This document shows, one piece after another, positions 27,707-37,927 of a DNA stretch of 64,000 bases. Positions within the stretch are counted from its first letter, which is position 1, and every line of letters begins with the position of its first letter. The stretch spans positions 23,928 to 87,927 of the forward strand of contig JAOAHM010000028.1 in the NCBI GenBank assembly GCA_026415235.1, read 5' to 3'. Source of the stretch: Ignavibacteria bacterium. Its GTDB lineage: Bacteria; Bacteroidota; Ignavibacteria; Ch128b. The position numbers and the translations under genes are program-made. The notes beneath the pieces are model-generated. The model made no database searches and had not been told where the DNA came from. It saw only the letters and a list, made by a program, of their open reading frames with translations.

Positions 27707-29926
27707 TTATTTTCTGATTATAGTGAACTTGTTTGTTGTTATTTGCTCTCCATCTTCGCTATAAGCTACAATGAAATAAATGCCAGTTGGAACAGGTTTG
27801 TTGTTTTTATCTTTCCCATTCCAAATCGCAACTCTACCTCCAGGTGTTGTAAATTCTGTAATTAAATCACCTGAAGATGAAAAGATTTTTATAGTAGAAT
27901 TTTTAACTAAACCATCAATAGTCAAGTTACTAATCTGAGTTTCATTTACGATGAGTGGGTTAGGATAAATTTTTAATTTTTCAAAAGTTTCTTTCGGTTT
28001 TATTGAGAAAGAGTTGAAGCTTGCTAAACCATAATCAGTTCCAATGTAAACAGTTCCAGTATTTGGATTGATTGCAATGCTTTTAATGTTGTCATCTGGA
28101 AGCGGGGAATTTTTTGTATTGTATTGGGCAAGAAGTTGCGTTCCATCTGAATTTAAAACCCAAACTCCAGTTGTAGTTCCAACCCATTTATTATTAAGTT
28201 GATCTACAGTTATACAATTAATGTATTGAGTTCTTAAAATGTACACGCTTGATATTCTCTCAGTTGGTCTTGTTGGGTTAGGGATGATATACATTCCTTG
28301 ACTTGTTCCAACCCATATTTCATTTCTTAAATCAATTGCCATACTTGTGGGAGTGAAATTTCCAAATTTGTCTTTTGTAATAATGCCCCATCTTGAAGGC
28401 ATCTTATCATTTTCATTGAAATAAACTAAACCTTCAACATTTTGAAATTGTCCAGCTTTCTCGAGCAAAATCCATTTAGTATCGTTTTGATCAATTAATA
28501 AATCTTCAGTCACAGTTAAATTTGGATTGATTTCGTTAACAAAAAATTCCCAAGTAGAATCTTTCGAAAGTTTGATTAAGCTTCTGTTATCACTTGCTCT
28601 ATAATTCAATAACCAAATGTTGCCTTTAGAGTCTTCAGCAAGAGCTTTAATTACAATAAAGTTTGGATTTTCAATTACTCCATTTAAACCGTTAACATTT
28701 GATCTATTAAATCTCACCATTTGCGAGTCGTTTTTAATTCTGAGCATACCTTGACCCCAACTCAATGCCCAAACAGTATTACCCGAAGTAACTTTTACTC
28801 TATGATAAGCATTTGAACCTAAAATTGGGTAGTAAGTTGTAGTGAAGTTTTTCCATCCTTCGTTTGACAAACGATAAAATCCTTTCAAAGCCACATCTCT
28901 ACCAGAAGCAGCCCATACTTGTCCCTTTTCGTCAATTGCTAATGATGGAAAGAAATTTGAGTTTGGTCCTGGAGGATTTAAGAAATATGCTCTTGATGGT
29001 TCAATAATCAATAGCCCTTCGTTGGTAGCGATGTAAATTTTGTTTTCAAGGAATTCAACTTCACGAAAGTTGACATAATAATTTTCAAGAACAATGGAAA
29101 GATTAAAATTGTGATAGAGTGCAATTACATTATCCGACAAGATAAATAATGAATCACCTTTCACAAGGAAATCATTTATTCTTTTATTTGCAAAGAGAAA
29201 ATCGAAAGTTGATTGAAAAGAGGAGTTCCTTAGTTTAGCAACACCGTTTGATGTACCAACAAAAATTGTGTCCTTAAATTTTGTTATAACTCTTACATTA
29301 TTAGATGGTAGGCCATTTTGAGTTGTAAAATTCCACCAACTTTGAGGATCGAGATAATTTGTTAATGAAGATTTTTGAACAGCAATTCCTTTTTCAGTTG
29401 CAACCCATATTGTGTCGAGAGGAAGTACATGATTTACTTTCGAGTCAATTCCAAATGAACCTAACTTAGTGTATGTATCACCGAATGACAAAGTGTTTGC
29501 GTCAACAATACTCACACCAAAATCCGTACATGCATAAATTTTATTGCCCGAAGATACAAGCTTATTGATTTGTTTTTGTGTTTTATCAGAAAGAGCGATT
29601 GTCACAATTGTTCTAAAATTTCCTTCTAAAGGATTGTAAACAGAAATGTAGCCTAACTTACCACCAATCCAGATTTTCCCTGATTTATCTTTTTCAATCG
29701 AAGTAATTGATAGTTCTTTCAATCCATTCAATAAGTTAAATTGATTGAAAGAATTTTGTTTAGAATAAAGGAAAATTCCACCAAATGAGCCAGCCCAAAT
29801 TCCATCGTTTGAACTTGTAATGGAATAAATGTCTGATTGATTTGTATAATTTTCCCACTTGCCTATTTGGGCAGTTGCAAAAGAAAAGTTAAAGAAAATT
29901 ATAAGAATAGAAATAAAGCGATACAT
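27707..29926 (-). CDS. secreted protein with two-component-regulator-propeller-type repeats and a T9SS C-terminal tail
   Basis: Signal peptide MYRFISILIIFFNFSFATAQ. Many G.IWVGT/GL-type repeats. The C-terminus KIYPNPLIV...GIYFIVAYSEDGEQITTNKFTIIRK is tail-like. Confidence 0.75.
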   Translation of the reverse strand: MYRFISILIIFFNFSFATAQIGKWENYTNQSDIYSITSSNDGIWAGSFGGIFLYSKQNSFNQFNLLNGLKELSITSIEKDKSGKIWIGGKLGYISVYNPLEGNFRTIVTIALSDKTQKQINKLVSSGNKIYACTDFGVSIVDANTLSFGDTYTKLGSFGIDSKVNHVLPLDTIWVATEKGIAVQKSSLTNYLDPQSWWNFTTQNGLPSNNVRVITKFKDTIFVGTSNGVAKLRNSSFQSTFDFLFANKRINDFLVKGDSLFILSDNVIALYHNFNLSIVLENYYVNFREVEFLENKIYIATNEGLLIIEPSRAYFLNPPGPNSNFFPSLAIDEKGQVWAASGRDVALKGFYRLSNEGWKNFTTTYYPILGSNAYHRVKVTSGNTVWALSWGQGMLRIKNDSQMVRFNRSNVNGLNGVIENPNFIVIKALAEDSKGNIWLLNYRASDNRSLIKLSKDSTWEFFVNEINPNLTVTEDLLIDQNDTKWILLEKAGQFQNVEGLVYFNENDKMPSRWGIITKDKFGNFTPTSMAIDLRNEIWVGTSQGMYIIPNPTRPTERISSVYILRTQYINCITVDQLNNKWVGTTTGVWVLNSDGTQLLAQYNTKNSPLPDDNIKSIAINPNTGTVYIGTDYGLASFNSFSIKPKETFEKLKIYPNPLIVNETQISNLTIDGLVKNSTIKIFSSSGDLITEFTTPGGRVAIWNGKDKNNKPVPTGIYFIVAYSEDGEQITTNKFTIIRK

Positions 29927-29963
29927 TTAATTTCTCCTGATTAATGGAGTAGAGTTAGGCTCA

Positions 29964-30797
29964 TTAGGTGACTTTCCTGACTTTGTTGTGATTTAATATC
30001 TTATTCAATTGAGGCAAATCTAAACCAAATTTACCAAAATTTGAATAATCGTTTCTATGTCCACCATGAAAGTCTGAACCACCCGATTCAAGTAATGAGT
30101 TAGCAACACAAAGTTTGTGAAGGTACAATTGACGAGAATGTTTGATAGTGGGATGATAAATTTCTATTCCATCAATTTTTGACTTTATGATTTCTGTTAA
30201 TTCTCCGTCGGAAAGATTATAAGGATGTGCAAGAAAAGCTAAACCTCCACACGAATGAATTAATTCAATTACTATTTCTTTTGAAGAATGATTTTTCTTC
30301 TCATAAGCTTTAGAATAATCACCTAAATATTTTTCGAAAGCTTCGTAATAACTCGAAACTATTTTCTTTTTGATTAATGCAAAGGCAATGTGTGGTCTCG
30401 TGATTGGCTTGCTTTCAGAAAATTGCATTACTTCTTCAATCGTAAGATTAACCCCGAGTTTTTTCAAGTTACTTAGAATTCTTTCAGCTCTTTCAAGTCG
30501 TTCTAATTTGAATTGTTGTAAATAAAATTTTAAGTCCGAGTTCTTAATATCAATAAAATAACCTAAGATATGAATTTCTTTTCCTCCAATTTCACTGCTT
30601 ACTTCGACACCAGGAATATTTGTAATTCCATACTTTTCACATACTTCATTTGCTAATTCAACTCCTTCGATTGTATCGTGATCAGTTATTGAAATTACTT
30701 TCAAATTTTTCTTGATTGCTTTTTCTACAACTTCTTCGACCGAATACCTTCCATCGGAAAAGTTGGAATGTAAGTGCAAATCTGCTTTAACTTTCAA
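29964..30797 (-). CDS. PHP-domain metal-dependent phosphoesterase
   Basis: KADLHLHSNFSDG, ISITDHDT, LAHP and GGSDFHG motifs. Confidence 0.85.
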   Translation of the reverse strand: MKVKADLHLHSNFSDGRYSVEEVVEKAIKKNLKVISITDHDTIEGVELANEVCEKYGITNIPGVEVSSEIGGKEIHILGYFIDIKNSDLKFYLQQFKLERLERAERILSNLKKLGVNLTIEEVMQFSESKPITRPHIAFALIKKKIVSSYYEAFEKYLGDYSKAYEKKNHSSKEIVIELIHSCGGLAFLAHPYNLSDGELTEIIKSKIDGIEIYHPTIKHSRQLYLHKLCVANSLLESGGSDFHGGHRNDYSNFGKFGLDLPQLNKILNHNKVRKVT

Positions 30798-30993
30798 TTT
30801 TTGTCCTTTTGTTTGTTAATCAATTTATTGATTGAGGTTGAGAGAAACAAAAATTCTTGAATAAGCCACCAATTCAAATAAAACTGATAATAACTTTGTT
30901 TATTTACAACTGTGATTTTCTACGAAAATTTTTTGTCTTTCTTTTGAGGAATTAAAGCTTAAATTTGCATTCGAAAATATGTGAGTAGAGAAA

Positions 30994-31338
30994 TTGGAAG
31001 AAACACAAGAACAAATACCCGATCAAAAACACGAATTTCATTTTATGCCGTGTCTGAACGAGAATTGCAATACTTTTCACATTGTCACAATCGATGAACT
31101 AAGAAAAATTGAAGATATTAATTTTATTGATGCTTTGTTGTGTGATGATTGTAAATCGAGAAAAGAAAATTTTCACATTCTCCAATGTATGAGTTGTAGA
31201 ACTATAATCGAATTTTTACCAATCCTGCCAGGTGAAACAGCAGGTGTAGTTTATATAGAAAAATGCTTGAGATGCGGTGGAACAATTGAAGACGAGCTTT
31301 CCTTTGTAAGTGCTTTATATAAACACATTCATATCTGA
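30994..31338 (+). CDS. hypothetical Cys-rich protein (two zinc-ribbon-like halves)
   Basis: TTG start. Four Cys pairs: CLNENC, CDDC, CMSC, CLRC. Each half opens with FH(F/I)(M/L)xC. Confidence 0.5.
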   Translation: MEETQEQIPDQKHEFHFMPCLNENCNTFHIVTIDELRKIEDINFIDALLCDDCKSRKENFHILQCMSCRTIIEFLPILPGETAGVVYIEKCLRCGGTIEDELSFVSALYKHIHI

Positions 31339-31361
31339 AGTTTTAAATTGATTTTGCACGA

Positions 31362-32153
31362 TTAAATGAAATCTTTTCTTCGGATTTCATAAAGAATGAT
31401 TGAAGTGGAGATTGCGATATTTAACGATTCAGCTTTGCCAAAAGAAGGAATTGTGATTACATCATCGCAAAATTTTAGAATTTCCTCTGAAATACCTCTT
31501 GATTCGTTTCCGAATATAATTAAGTATTTTTCATTAAAATTAAAGTTGCGTATGTCTTCACCTTTAGTTGAAGTTGCAAAAACCTTATAACCACCTTTTC
31601 TTGCCAATTCAATGCAATAATTCAAATCTATTTTTTCATAAATTTTTAAATGAAAGATTGAACCCATTGAAGCTCTTACGACTTTTGGATTAGTAAACTC
31701 GACACTTTCTTCACTTAAAACAATTGAGTTTAAACCAAACCAATCAATACTACGAATTATTGTTCCTAAATTTCCTGGATCTGAAATTTTTTCAAATGCG
31801 GGAATTATTTGTTCTCCATGATTGAACAAATTTTCAATATCGAATTTTTTCTTTTTGACTATAGCAGCAACACCTGAAGGAGTTTTTTCATTTGAAATTT
31901 TTTGAAATTCTTTATCACTTAATTGAAAAATATTTGGTCGTTGATGAGGCAAATATTCATTTAGAGTATTAATCAATTTCATTTTTTCTCTTGATAAATA
32001 TACCTCATCAACTTTCCAAGTTGAATTTAGAGCTTCGAATAAAATTTTTTCTGATTCAATCAAAAATGAATTTGTCAATTCACGATATTTTTTCAGTTTA
32101 AGTTTAGATAATTTTTTAAGTTTTGAAGAGCTTTGTCTTTCTGAATTATCCAT
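31362..32153 (-). CDS. TrmH/SpoU-family RNA 2'-O-methyltransferase
   Basis: DPGNLGTIIRS, IIFGNESRGIS and SLNIAISTSIILYE are the three SpoU motifs. Confidence 0.85.
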   Translation of the reverse strand: MDNSERQSSSKLKKLSKLKLKKYRELTNSFLIESEKILFEALNSTWKVDEVYLSREKMKLINTLNEYLPHQRPNIFQLSDKEFQKISNEKTPSGVAAIVKKKKFDIENLFNHGEQIIPAFEKISDPGNLGTIIRSIDWFGLNSIVLSEESVEFTNPKVVRASMGSIFHLKIYEKIDLNYCIELARKGGYKVFATSTKGEDIRNFNFNEKYLIIFGNESRGISEEILKFCDDVITIPSFGKAESLNIAISTSIILYEIRRKDFI

Positions 32154-32165
32154 TTTCGTAACTGT

Positions 32166-33674
32166 TTATACTTGTTTGATAAATTCAAAGATTTGAGCTT
32201 GATATGGTTTCAGATCCAAATAAAGTCCACGATAAAACATTTCATCACCATCTCTTAGATATTCTTCATCACTTAATCGATCTTTAATTAAAAATTTTTT
32301 ACCAATTAAGTCATAGCATTCTACTTTTACTCTGCATTGAGATTGATAAGGCGATAAATTTATTACAACAAGGTCTTTGTTGAATTTATCATCTTCATAT
32401 AGGTAAGTGACAAAATTGTAAAAGGCAGGATTGCCTTCCCAAGCAGTGAAAGGTTGAAGTAATTTGAAATATCCATTCGGTATTGTTGATTTTTTGATTG
32501 ATTGAAAGAGCAACTTGAAATAATTCTTCAGTTCAGAATTTACATTTTCATTTTGAATTCGATTTAGTTGAATAGCATGATGAAATTTTTTCCCTTCTAA
32601 TTGACCATCATAAATTAATTTCATTGAAGGTAAAGTGTAAATGAGAGTTGCCACTGCTTTTAATTTGTCAATTGGGAAGATATGAGCTGCTCTTTGTTCG
32701 TCATGATTTTCTATGAAGAGAAGTCGTTTCCTTTGATATGAAAAAACTTTTTTTATGTACTCGTTAATGAATTCTACTTTGTGGTCAATAAGCATGTCGT
32801 ATAGTTTTTTCTCGTAAACATAATCGAAACCAAGTTCCAGTAAATCATCTTCACGGCTCCAATAAACCTCAGCAATAAACACAAATTCTGGATTTTTCTT
32901 TTTCACTTTTTTGATTGCTTCGTGCCAAAATTCTTGAGCAGCTGGCACATAATCTTTTGGAAGAGGAAAGTTCTTCCAATTATCTAAGAAAATATCAGAG
33001 AGCAACAGCATAGCCATATCACATCTTACGCCATCGCATTTGTTGCTCAATTTTGTTAGTTGCTTAATCATAAATTCTCTAACTTTTTTTGAGCGGTAAT
33101 CAAGTTGAAGTGTATCTTTCCAAACGGGGGAATATGGTTCTTTTCCGTGAGCAATTAAATGTTCATTTCCGTTTATTTTAAGTGAGATGAATTCATTTGT
33201 ATTAATCGAATTTAAGTAGGAAGGTGCATGAATAAAAAATTCGGGATGCTTTTGAACAACAGGACTATCAATGGCAAAATGATTTGGTACAAAATCAAGT
33301 ATCAATTTTATTTTGAATTTGTTTTTCAATTTAGCTCTGAATTTTTTGAAAGCTTCGTTACCTCCAAATTCATTTGCGATTTTGTACTCGGTGATTGCAT
33401 AGGGAGAACCGACAACATCTTTCTCGTTCCAATCAGTGAGTGATTCATAATATTTTTTGTGAAGTTCTTTCATTGTTAAAGAGATTTCACGACTTGTCAA
33501 GCTTGGTTCAAAAATTCCAAGTGGCCAGAAGAACTCAACACCAAGATTTTTAAGCTCGACGAAAAATTCGTCGGGTAAATCAGTGAGTTTATGTTTTTTA
33601 TCAAATTCTTTATTCAAACGATTAATGAATTCACGAATGTCAATTTGATAAACTAATCTGTGGTTCATAGTCAT
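32166..33674 (-). CDS. alpha-amylase family (GH13) glycoside hydrolase
   Basis: GH13 conserved regions LILDFVPNH, GVRCDMA, FIAEVYW, FIENHDEQR. The start overlaps the stop of the MetH C-half gene (ATGA). Confidence 0.8.
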   Translation of the reverse strand: MTMNHRLVYQIDIREFINRLNKEFDKKHKLTDLPDEFFVELKNLGVEFFWPLGIFEPSLTSREISLTMKELHKKYYESLTDWNEKDVVGSPYAITEYKIANEFGGNEAFKKFRAKLKNKFKIKLILDFVPNHFAIDSPVVQKHPEFFIHAPSYLNSINTNEFISLKINGNEHLIAHGKEPYSPVWKDTLQLDYRSKKVREFMIKQLTKLSNKCDGVRCDMAMLLLSDIFLDNWKNFPLPKDYVPAAQEFWHEAIKKVKKKNPEFVFIAEVYWSREDDLLELGFDYVYEKKLYDMLIDHKVEFINEYIKKVFSYQRKRLLFIENHDEQRAAHIFPIDKLKAVATLIYTLPSMKLIYDGQLEGKKFHHAIQLNRIQNENVNSELKNYFKLLFQSIKKSTIPNGYFKLLQPFTAWEGNPAFYNFVTYLYEDDKFNKDLVVINLSPYQSQCRVKVECYDLIGKKFLIKDRLSDEEYLRDGDEMFYRGLYLDLKPYQAQIFEFIKQV

Positions 33675-35416
33675 ATTGTAAAATATTTTGCTTCAGGATG
33701 ATGAATGATAATTGCTGATGTGCTTTGTTCAGGAACCATTTGGAAGCCATCAGTTAGAGTTACACCAATTCTTTCAGGATTAAGTAATTTGAAAAGTTTA
33801 ACTTGGTCTTCGAGATTTGGGCAAGCAGGATAACCAAAGGAATATCTTGAACCACGATAACCTTGTTGAAAAAGTTTTTTCAAGTCTTTTGCATCAGCGT
33901 AATCAATCATTAATTCTTCACGAATTTTCTTATGCCAGTATTCTGCGAGTGCTTCTGCAGCTTCAACAGATAAACCATGGAAGAAAAGATAATCTGAATA
34001 TTGATCAGATGAATAAAGGTATTGTGAATGTTCAGTTGCTTTTTCTCCCACAGTTACAACATGAAAAGCAACAACATCAAATTTTCCACTTTCTTTAGGT
34101 AGAACGAAATCTGAAATACAGAGATTTCTTTTGTTGATTTGTCTTGGGAAAGTAAATCGAACAAATTCTTCTAATTCAACATTTTCAATCTCTACATTCC
34201 AAATTTGATATAAAAACTCTTCGGATAAATTTTTTGGTTTATAAATAATTAAATCGTTTCTTTCAGATTGAGCAGGAAAATAACCATAAACAACTTTTGG
34301 TTCGAGTAATTTTTGTGATTTCACTTTCAATTTTAATTCTTCATAAATAGGGAGAACTTTTTCTTGAACAAGTTTTTCATATTCATCATCACTTAATTTT
34401 TTCTTTCTGAATTGCCATTGTCCACGGAATAAAGCTACTTCGTTGATATAATTAAAAATTTCGTCGAGTGGAATGTCTTCGACTATCTTAACTCCCCAGA
34501 AAGGTGGTTTAGGTATTTCTTCAAGAATTGAGACATTAGATTTTTGAAATGCCTTTTCTTCGTCGTAAAAAACAAGTTTTGCTTCACTTCCTACTGCTGT
34601 ATCAAGTATTTCGTCTATGTTATTTTTTTCTTCAAAATTTTCTTCAAGACTTTTAAGTTCATCAATACATTTTGATTTAATTTTTTCCATAAATCTCAAT
34701 CCATCGAATGCATCTTCAGCATATTCAACATAGCCTTTATAAATTTTTTTCAAATCCTGTTCGACATATCTTCTTGTTAATGCAGCGCCACCGAGAACTA
34801 CAGGAATTTTTAGATTTCGTTCATTAAGGACTTCGAGATTTTCTTTCATAATCAAAGTAGATTTCACCAGCAGTCCACTCATACCAATTGCATCGGCATT
34901 TTGTTTCTCAAACTCTTCAATCATCTTTTCAATCGGGCACTTGATACCTAAATTATAAACTGTATAACCATTGTTAGTTAAAATGATATCAACAAGATTT
35001 TTCCCGATATCGTGCACATCACCTTTGACAGTAGCAAGAACAATTTTGCCTTTTGATTCACCAGTTTTCTTCTCCATAAATTTTTCCAAGTAAGCTACAG
35101 CTGCTTTCATTACTTCGGCACTTTGTAAAACAAATGGTAATTGCATCTGTCCACTACCAAATAAATCGCCAACAATTTTCATCCCTTCCAAGAGAATGTT
35201 GTTAATAATTTCCAAAGCAGAATATTTTTTTAATGCTCCATCAAGGTCTTCTTGCAAGCCTACTTTTTCTCCATCAATAATTCTGTTTTTAAGTTTTTCT
35301 TCAATTGGAAGGTTTAAGTCAGTTACTTTTTGTTTTTCTTCTTCTTTTTTTGTGGAGTAGTAGGCTATTAATTCTTGTAAAGGGTCGTAAACTACTTTTT
35401 TGCTTTTCTCTGCCAT
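33671..35416 (-). CDS. metH: methionine synthase C-terminal half (cap + cobalamin-binding + AdoMet reactivation modules)
   Basis: Begins MAEKSKKVVYDPLQELI. LLEGMKIVGDLFGSGQMQLPFVLQSAEVMK (cap). GDVHDIGKNLV (DxHxxG). GMSGLLVKS. The C-terminal ~300 aa carry RYSFGYPACP, typical of the activation domain. Confidence 0.9.
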   Translation of the reverse strand: MAEKSKKVVYDPLQELIAYYSTKKEEEKQKVTDLNLPIEEKLKNRIIDGEKVGLQEDLDGALKKYSALEIINNILLEGMKIVGDLFGSGQMQLPFVLQSAEVMKAAVAYLEKFMEKKTGESKGKIVLATVKGDVHDIGKNLVDIILTNNGYTVYNLGIKCPIEKMIEEFEKQNADAIGMSGLLVKSTLIMKENLEVLNERNLKIPVVLGGAALTRRYVEQDLKKIYKGYVEYAEDAFDGLRFMEKIKSKCIDELKSLEENFEEKNNIDEILDTAVGSEAKLVFYDEEKAFQKSNVSILEEIPKPPFWGVKIVEDIPLDEIFNYINEVALFRGQWQFRKKKLSDDEYEKLVQEKVLPIYEELKLKVKSQKLLEPKVVYGYFPAQSERNDLIIYKPKNLSEEFLYQIWNVEIENVELEEFVRFTFPRQINKRNLCISDFVLPKESGKFDVVAFHVVTVGEKATEHSQYLYSSDQYSDYLFFHGLSVEAAEALAEYWHKKIREELMIDYADAKDLKKLFQQGYRGSRYSFGYPACPNLEDQVKLFKLLNPERIGVTLTDGFQMVPEQSTSAIIIHHPEAKYFTI

Positions 35417-35538
35417 AATTCAAATTGATTTTTAATTAATTTAACTAAGCTCCAACTGAAAATAAATTGAAACTTAATATTTATTATAATAACCTGCATC
35501 TATTTAATTAAGTTTCAAAAATCTTTATCTTAAACATT

Positions 35539-37761
35539 ATGAAAAAATTTTTGATTTTGTTATTGCTTCTTTCAACTCAAATTTTCTCTCAAAGAAAAGA
35601 CACTCTTGTAATCTTTTCTGAAGTGATGTTTAATAATCTTACCTCCATTGCAAATGGAGAGTTTATTGAGTTATTTAATACAAGTTATACTGATACAATA
35701 AATCTTGCTGGATGGAAAATAAAATATTACACATCAACAGCTGACCAAATTATTGATGCTGGTTCAGGAACAAAACTATTACCACGCCAATTTGCTGTTA
35801 TTTTTGAAGGTGATTATGCTGGTGGTTATTCAGTACCTTCGAATGCTTTAGTGCTAAAGATAAGTGATAATGCATTTGGAACATCGGGAATGGCAAACAC
35901 AACCGACCGTGATATTCATTTATTGAACACGACCAATGATACTGTTTGGTCTTATGTTTATTCAGCAAATAATTCTGCTGGTTATTCAGACGAGAAAATA
36001 ATTTTAATTGGTGATAACTCTCCATCAAACTGGGCAAATTCAATTGTCCTAAATGGTACGCCTGGAAGTAAAAATAGTGTTTCACCAAAGGAGTATGACC
36101 TCGGTATAACGAGATTTGTTTTAGCTCCATCTTTTCCTGTGATGAATGATAATGTTGAAGTGAGTGTGTGGATAAAGAATTTTGGTATTAGGTCAGCTAC
36201 AAATTTTTCCGTTCGATTTCGATTCGATCTTGATAATGATGGAGTATTTGATTTTGTTTTTAATTCTAATACAATTAGTTCTCTATCACCAAACGATTCA
36301 ATTAATGTAAAATCGGACTCATTAATTCGAAGAATTAATTCGGTAGTGCGTGTATTTACTGAAATAATTTTTTCTCCCGATGAGAACAAGTTAAATGATA
36401 CATTAACATTTTTCATAAAACCTGGTTTAACTCCAAGGTCGGTATTAATTAGCGAAATAATGTTTGACCCAAAATCTGGAGAACCAGAATGGGTAGAAAT
36501 TTACAACAATACGGATTCAAGAATTAACTTAAGGGGTTGGAAGGTATCTGATGTTTTAGCTAATCCTACTATTGTTAATATTACTAACAACGATTTTTAT
36601 TTTGAACCAAGGTCGTTACTGGTTCTTGCAGCTAATCTATCAATAAGAAATTTTTATGATACAATCCCTTCACCAATCTTAGTTGTTTCAATTCCTGCAC
36701 TAAACAATGACAAAGATGGTGTAGTGATTTATGATGATAGAGGATTAGTAATTGACTCAGTGTTTTATTTTTCTGATTGGGGAAGTAGCAAAAAATCCAT
36801 TGAAAGAATTAGTTACGAACAGATTTCGAATTTGAAGAGCAATTGGGCACCATCAATTTCTGATAGTGGAGCAACACCAGGTAAACCAAATTCAATTACT
36901 AAGATTCAACCTGGAAATCAAATGTCAGTTGTAATTAATGAGATAATGTACGAACCCCTTACTGGATTTGCTGAGTACATTGAAATTTATAACGCATCGA
37001 ACGATTCGATAAATTTGGCTGGTTGGAGACTTGTCGAAGGTGGTGGTAAAACATTTAATTTGAGTACAAGGACTTTCTACTTGAAAAAAGATGAATTTAT
37101 GGTTGTTGCATCTGACTCTTCCATTTTGAATTTGTATCCATATCTAATTGATTATGCAAGGATTGGACTGGTAAAAATTATGAATTCATCAGATTTATCA
37201 CTTTCAAATTCTGGTGATATTGTTGTATTGAGAGATATTTTTGGAAATACAATTGATAGTGTTGCCTATTCTCCTAAATGGCATAATCCAGAAATTGATG
37301 ATTCTAAAGGTAGGTCGTTGGAAAAAATAAATCCAACTCTTAATTCAAATGATGGAAGAAATTGGTCAACATCAGTAAATCCGAATGGTGGAAGTCCACT
37401 TAAAACAAATTCAATTTTCATCAGTAAAATTTCTCCAACTTCGAAAATTGAAATATCACCAAATCCTTTCTCCCCAGACAATGATGGATTCGAAGATTTT
37501 GCTGTAATTAATTATGAACTTCCTTTAGCAACTTCACAAATTCGAATTAGAATTTTTGATAGTGTCGGAAGATTGGTGCGCACTCTAGCTGATAATGAAC
37601 CCACTGCTTCAAAAGGTTCGATAACTTTTGATGGTTTGGATGATAACAAACAACCATTACGAATTGGAATTTATGTCCTTTTGCTTGAGGCAATTAACCA
37701 ACAAAACGGTGTGATAGAAACAGTGAAAAAACCTATCGTAGTAGCTAAGAGGTTGAAATAA
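35539..37761 (+). CDS. secreted protein with three lamin-tail domains and a T9SS type-B-like C-terminal domain
   Basis: Signal peptide. Three LTD cores: IFSEVMFN..EFIELFN..LAGWKI, ISEIMFDP..EWVEIYN..LRGWKV and INEIMYEP..EYIEIYN..LAGWRL. C-terminus NPFSPDNDGFEDFAVINY. Confidence 0.8.
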   Translation: MKKFLILLLLLSTQIFSQRKDTLVIFSEVMFNNLTSIANGEFIELFNTSYTDTINLAGWKIKYYTSTADQIIDAGSGTKLLPRQFAVIFEGDYAGGYSVPSNALVLKISDNAFGTSGMANTTDRDIHLLNTTNDTVWSYVYSANNSAGYSDEKIILIGDNSPSNWANSIVLNGTPGSKNSVSPKEYDLGITRFVLAPSFPVMNDNVEVSVWIKNFGIRSATNFSVRFRFDLDNDGVFDFVFNSNTISSLSPNDSINVKSDSLIRRINSVVRVFTEIIFSPDENKLNDTLTFFIKPGLTPRSVLISEIMFDPKSGEPEWVEIYNNTDSRINLRGWKVSDVLANPTIVNITNNDFYFEPRSLLVLAANLSIRNFYDTIPSPILVVSIPALNNDKDGVVIYDDRGLVIDSVFYFSDWGSSKKSIERISYEQISNLKSNWAPSISDSGATPGKPNSITKIQPGNQMSVVINEIMYEPLTGFAEYIEIYNASNDSINLAGWRLVEGGGKTFNLSTRTFYLKKDEFMVVASDSSILNLYPYLIDYARIGLVKIMNSSDLSLSNSGDIVVLRDIFGNTIDSVAYSPKWHNPEIDDSKGRSLEKINPTLNSNDGRNWSTSVNPNGGSPLKTNSIFISKISPTSKIEISPNPFSPDNDGFEDFAVINYELPLATSQIRIRIFDSVGRLVRTLADNEPTASKGSITFDGLDDNKQPLRIGIYVLLLEAINQQNGVIETVKKPIVVAKRLK

Positions 37762-37927
37762 GTCTTAGTGTTGATTGAAAAGTTGTTTAGAAAATACGAA
37801 TTTTGATTAAAAGAGAAGGGAGCTAAAATGCAGGAAACAAACATTAATCAACAAAGGGATTTCAAAATAAAACTTACTCGTTATATAATTTTTACTTTAA
37901 TTTTAGTTGCTGTTATAATTTTTCTTT

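Noticed and set aside
30818-30833. Palindrome AATCAAT-TT-ATTGATT 21 nt upstream of the PHP phosphoesterase start
   Set aside because: It could be an operator. However, a 7-bp AT-only arm is weak evidence in this composition, and no regulator gene is adjacent.
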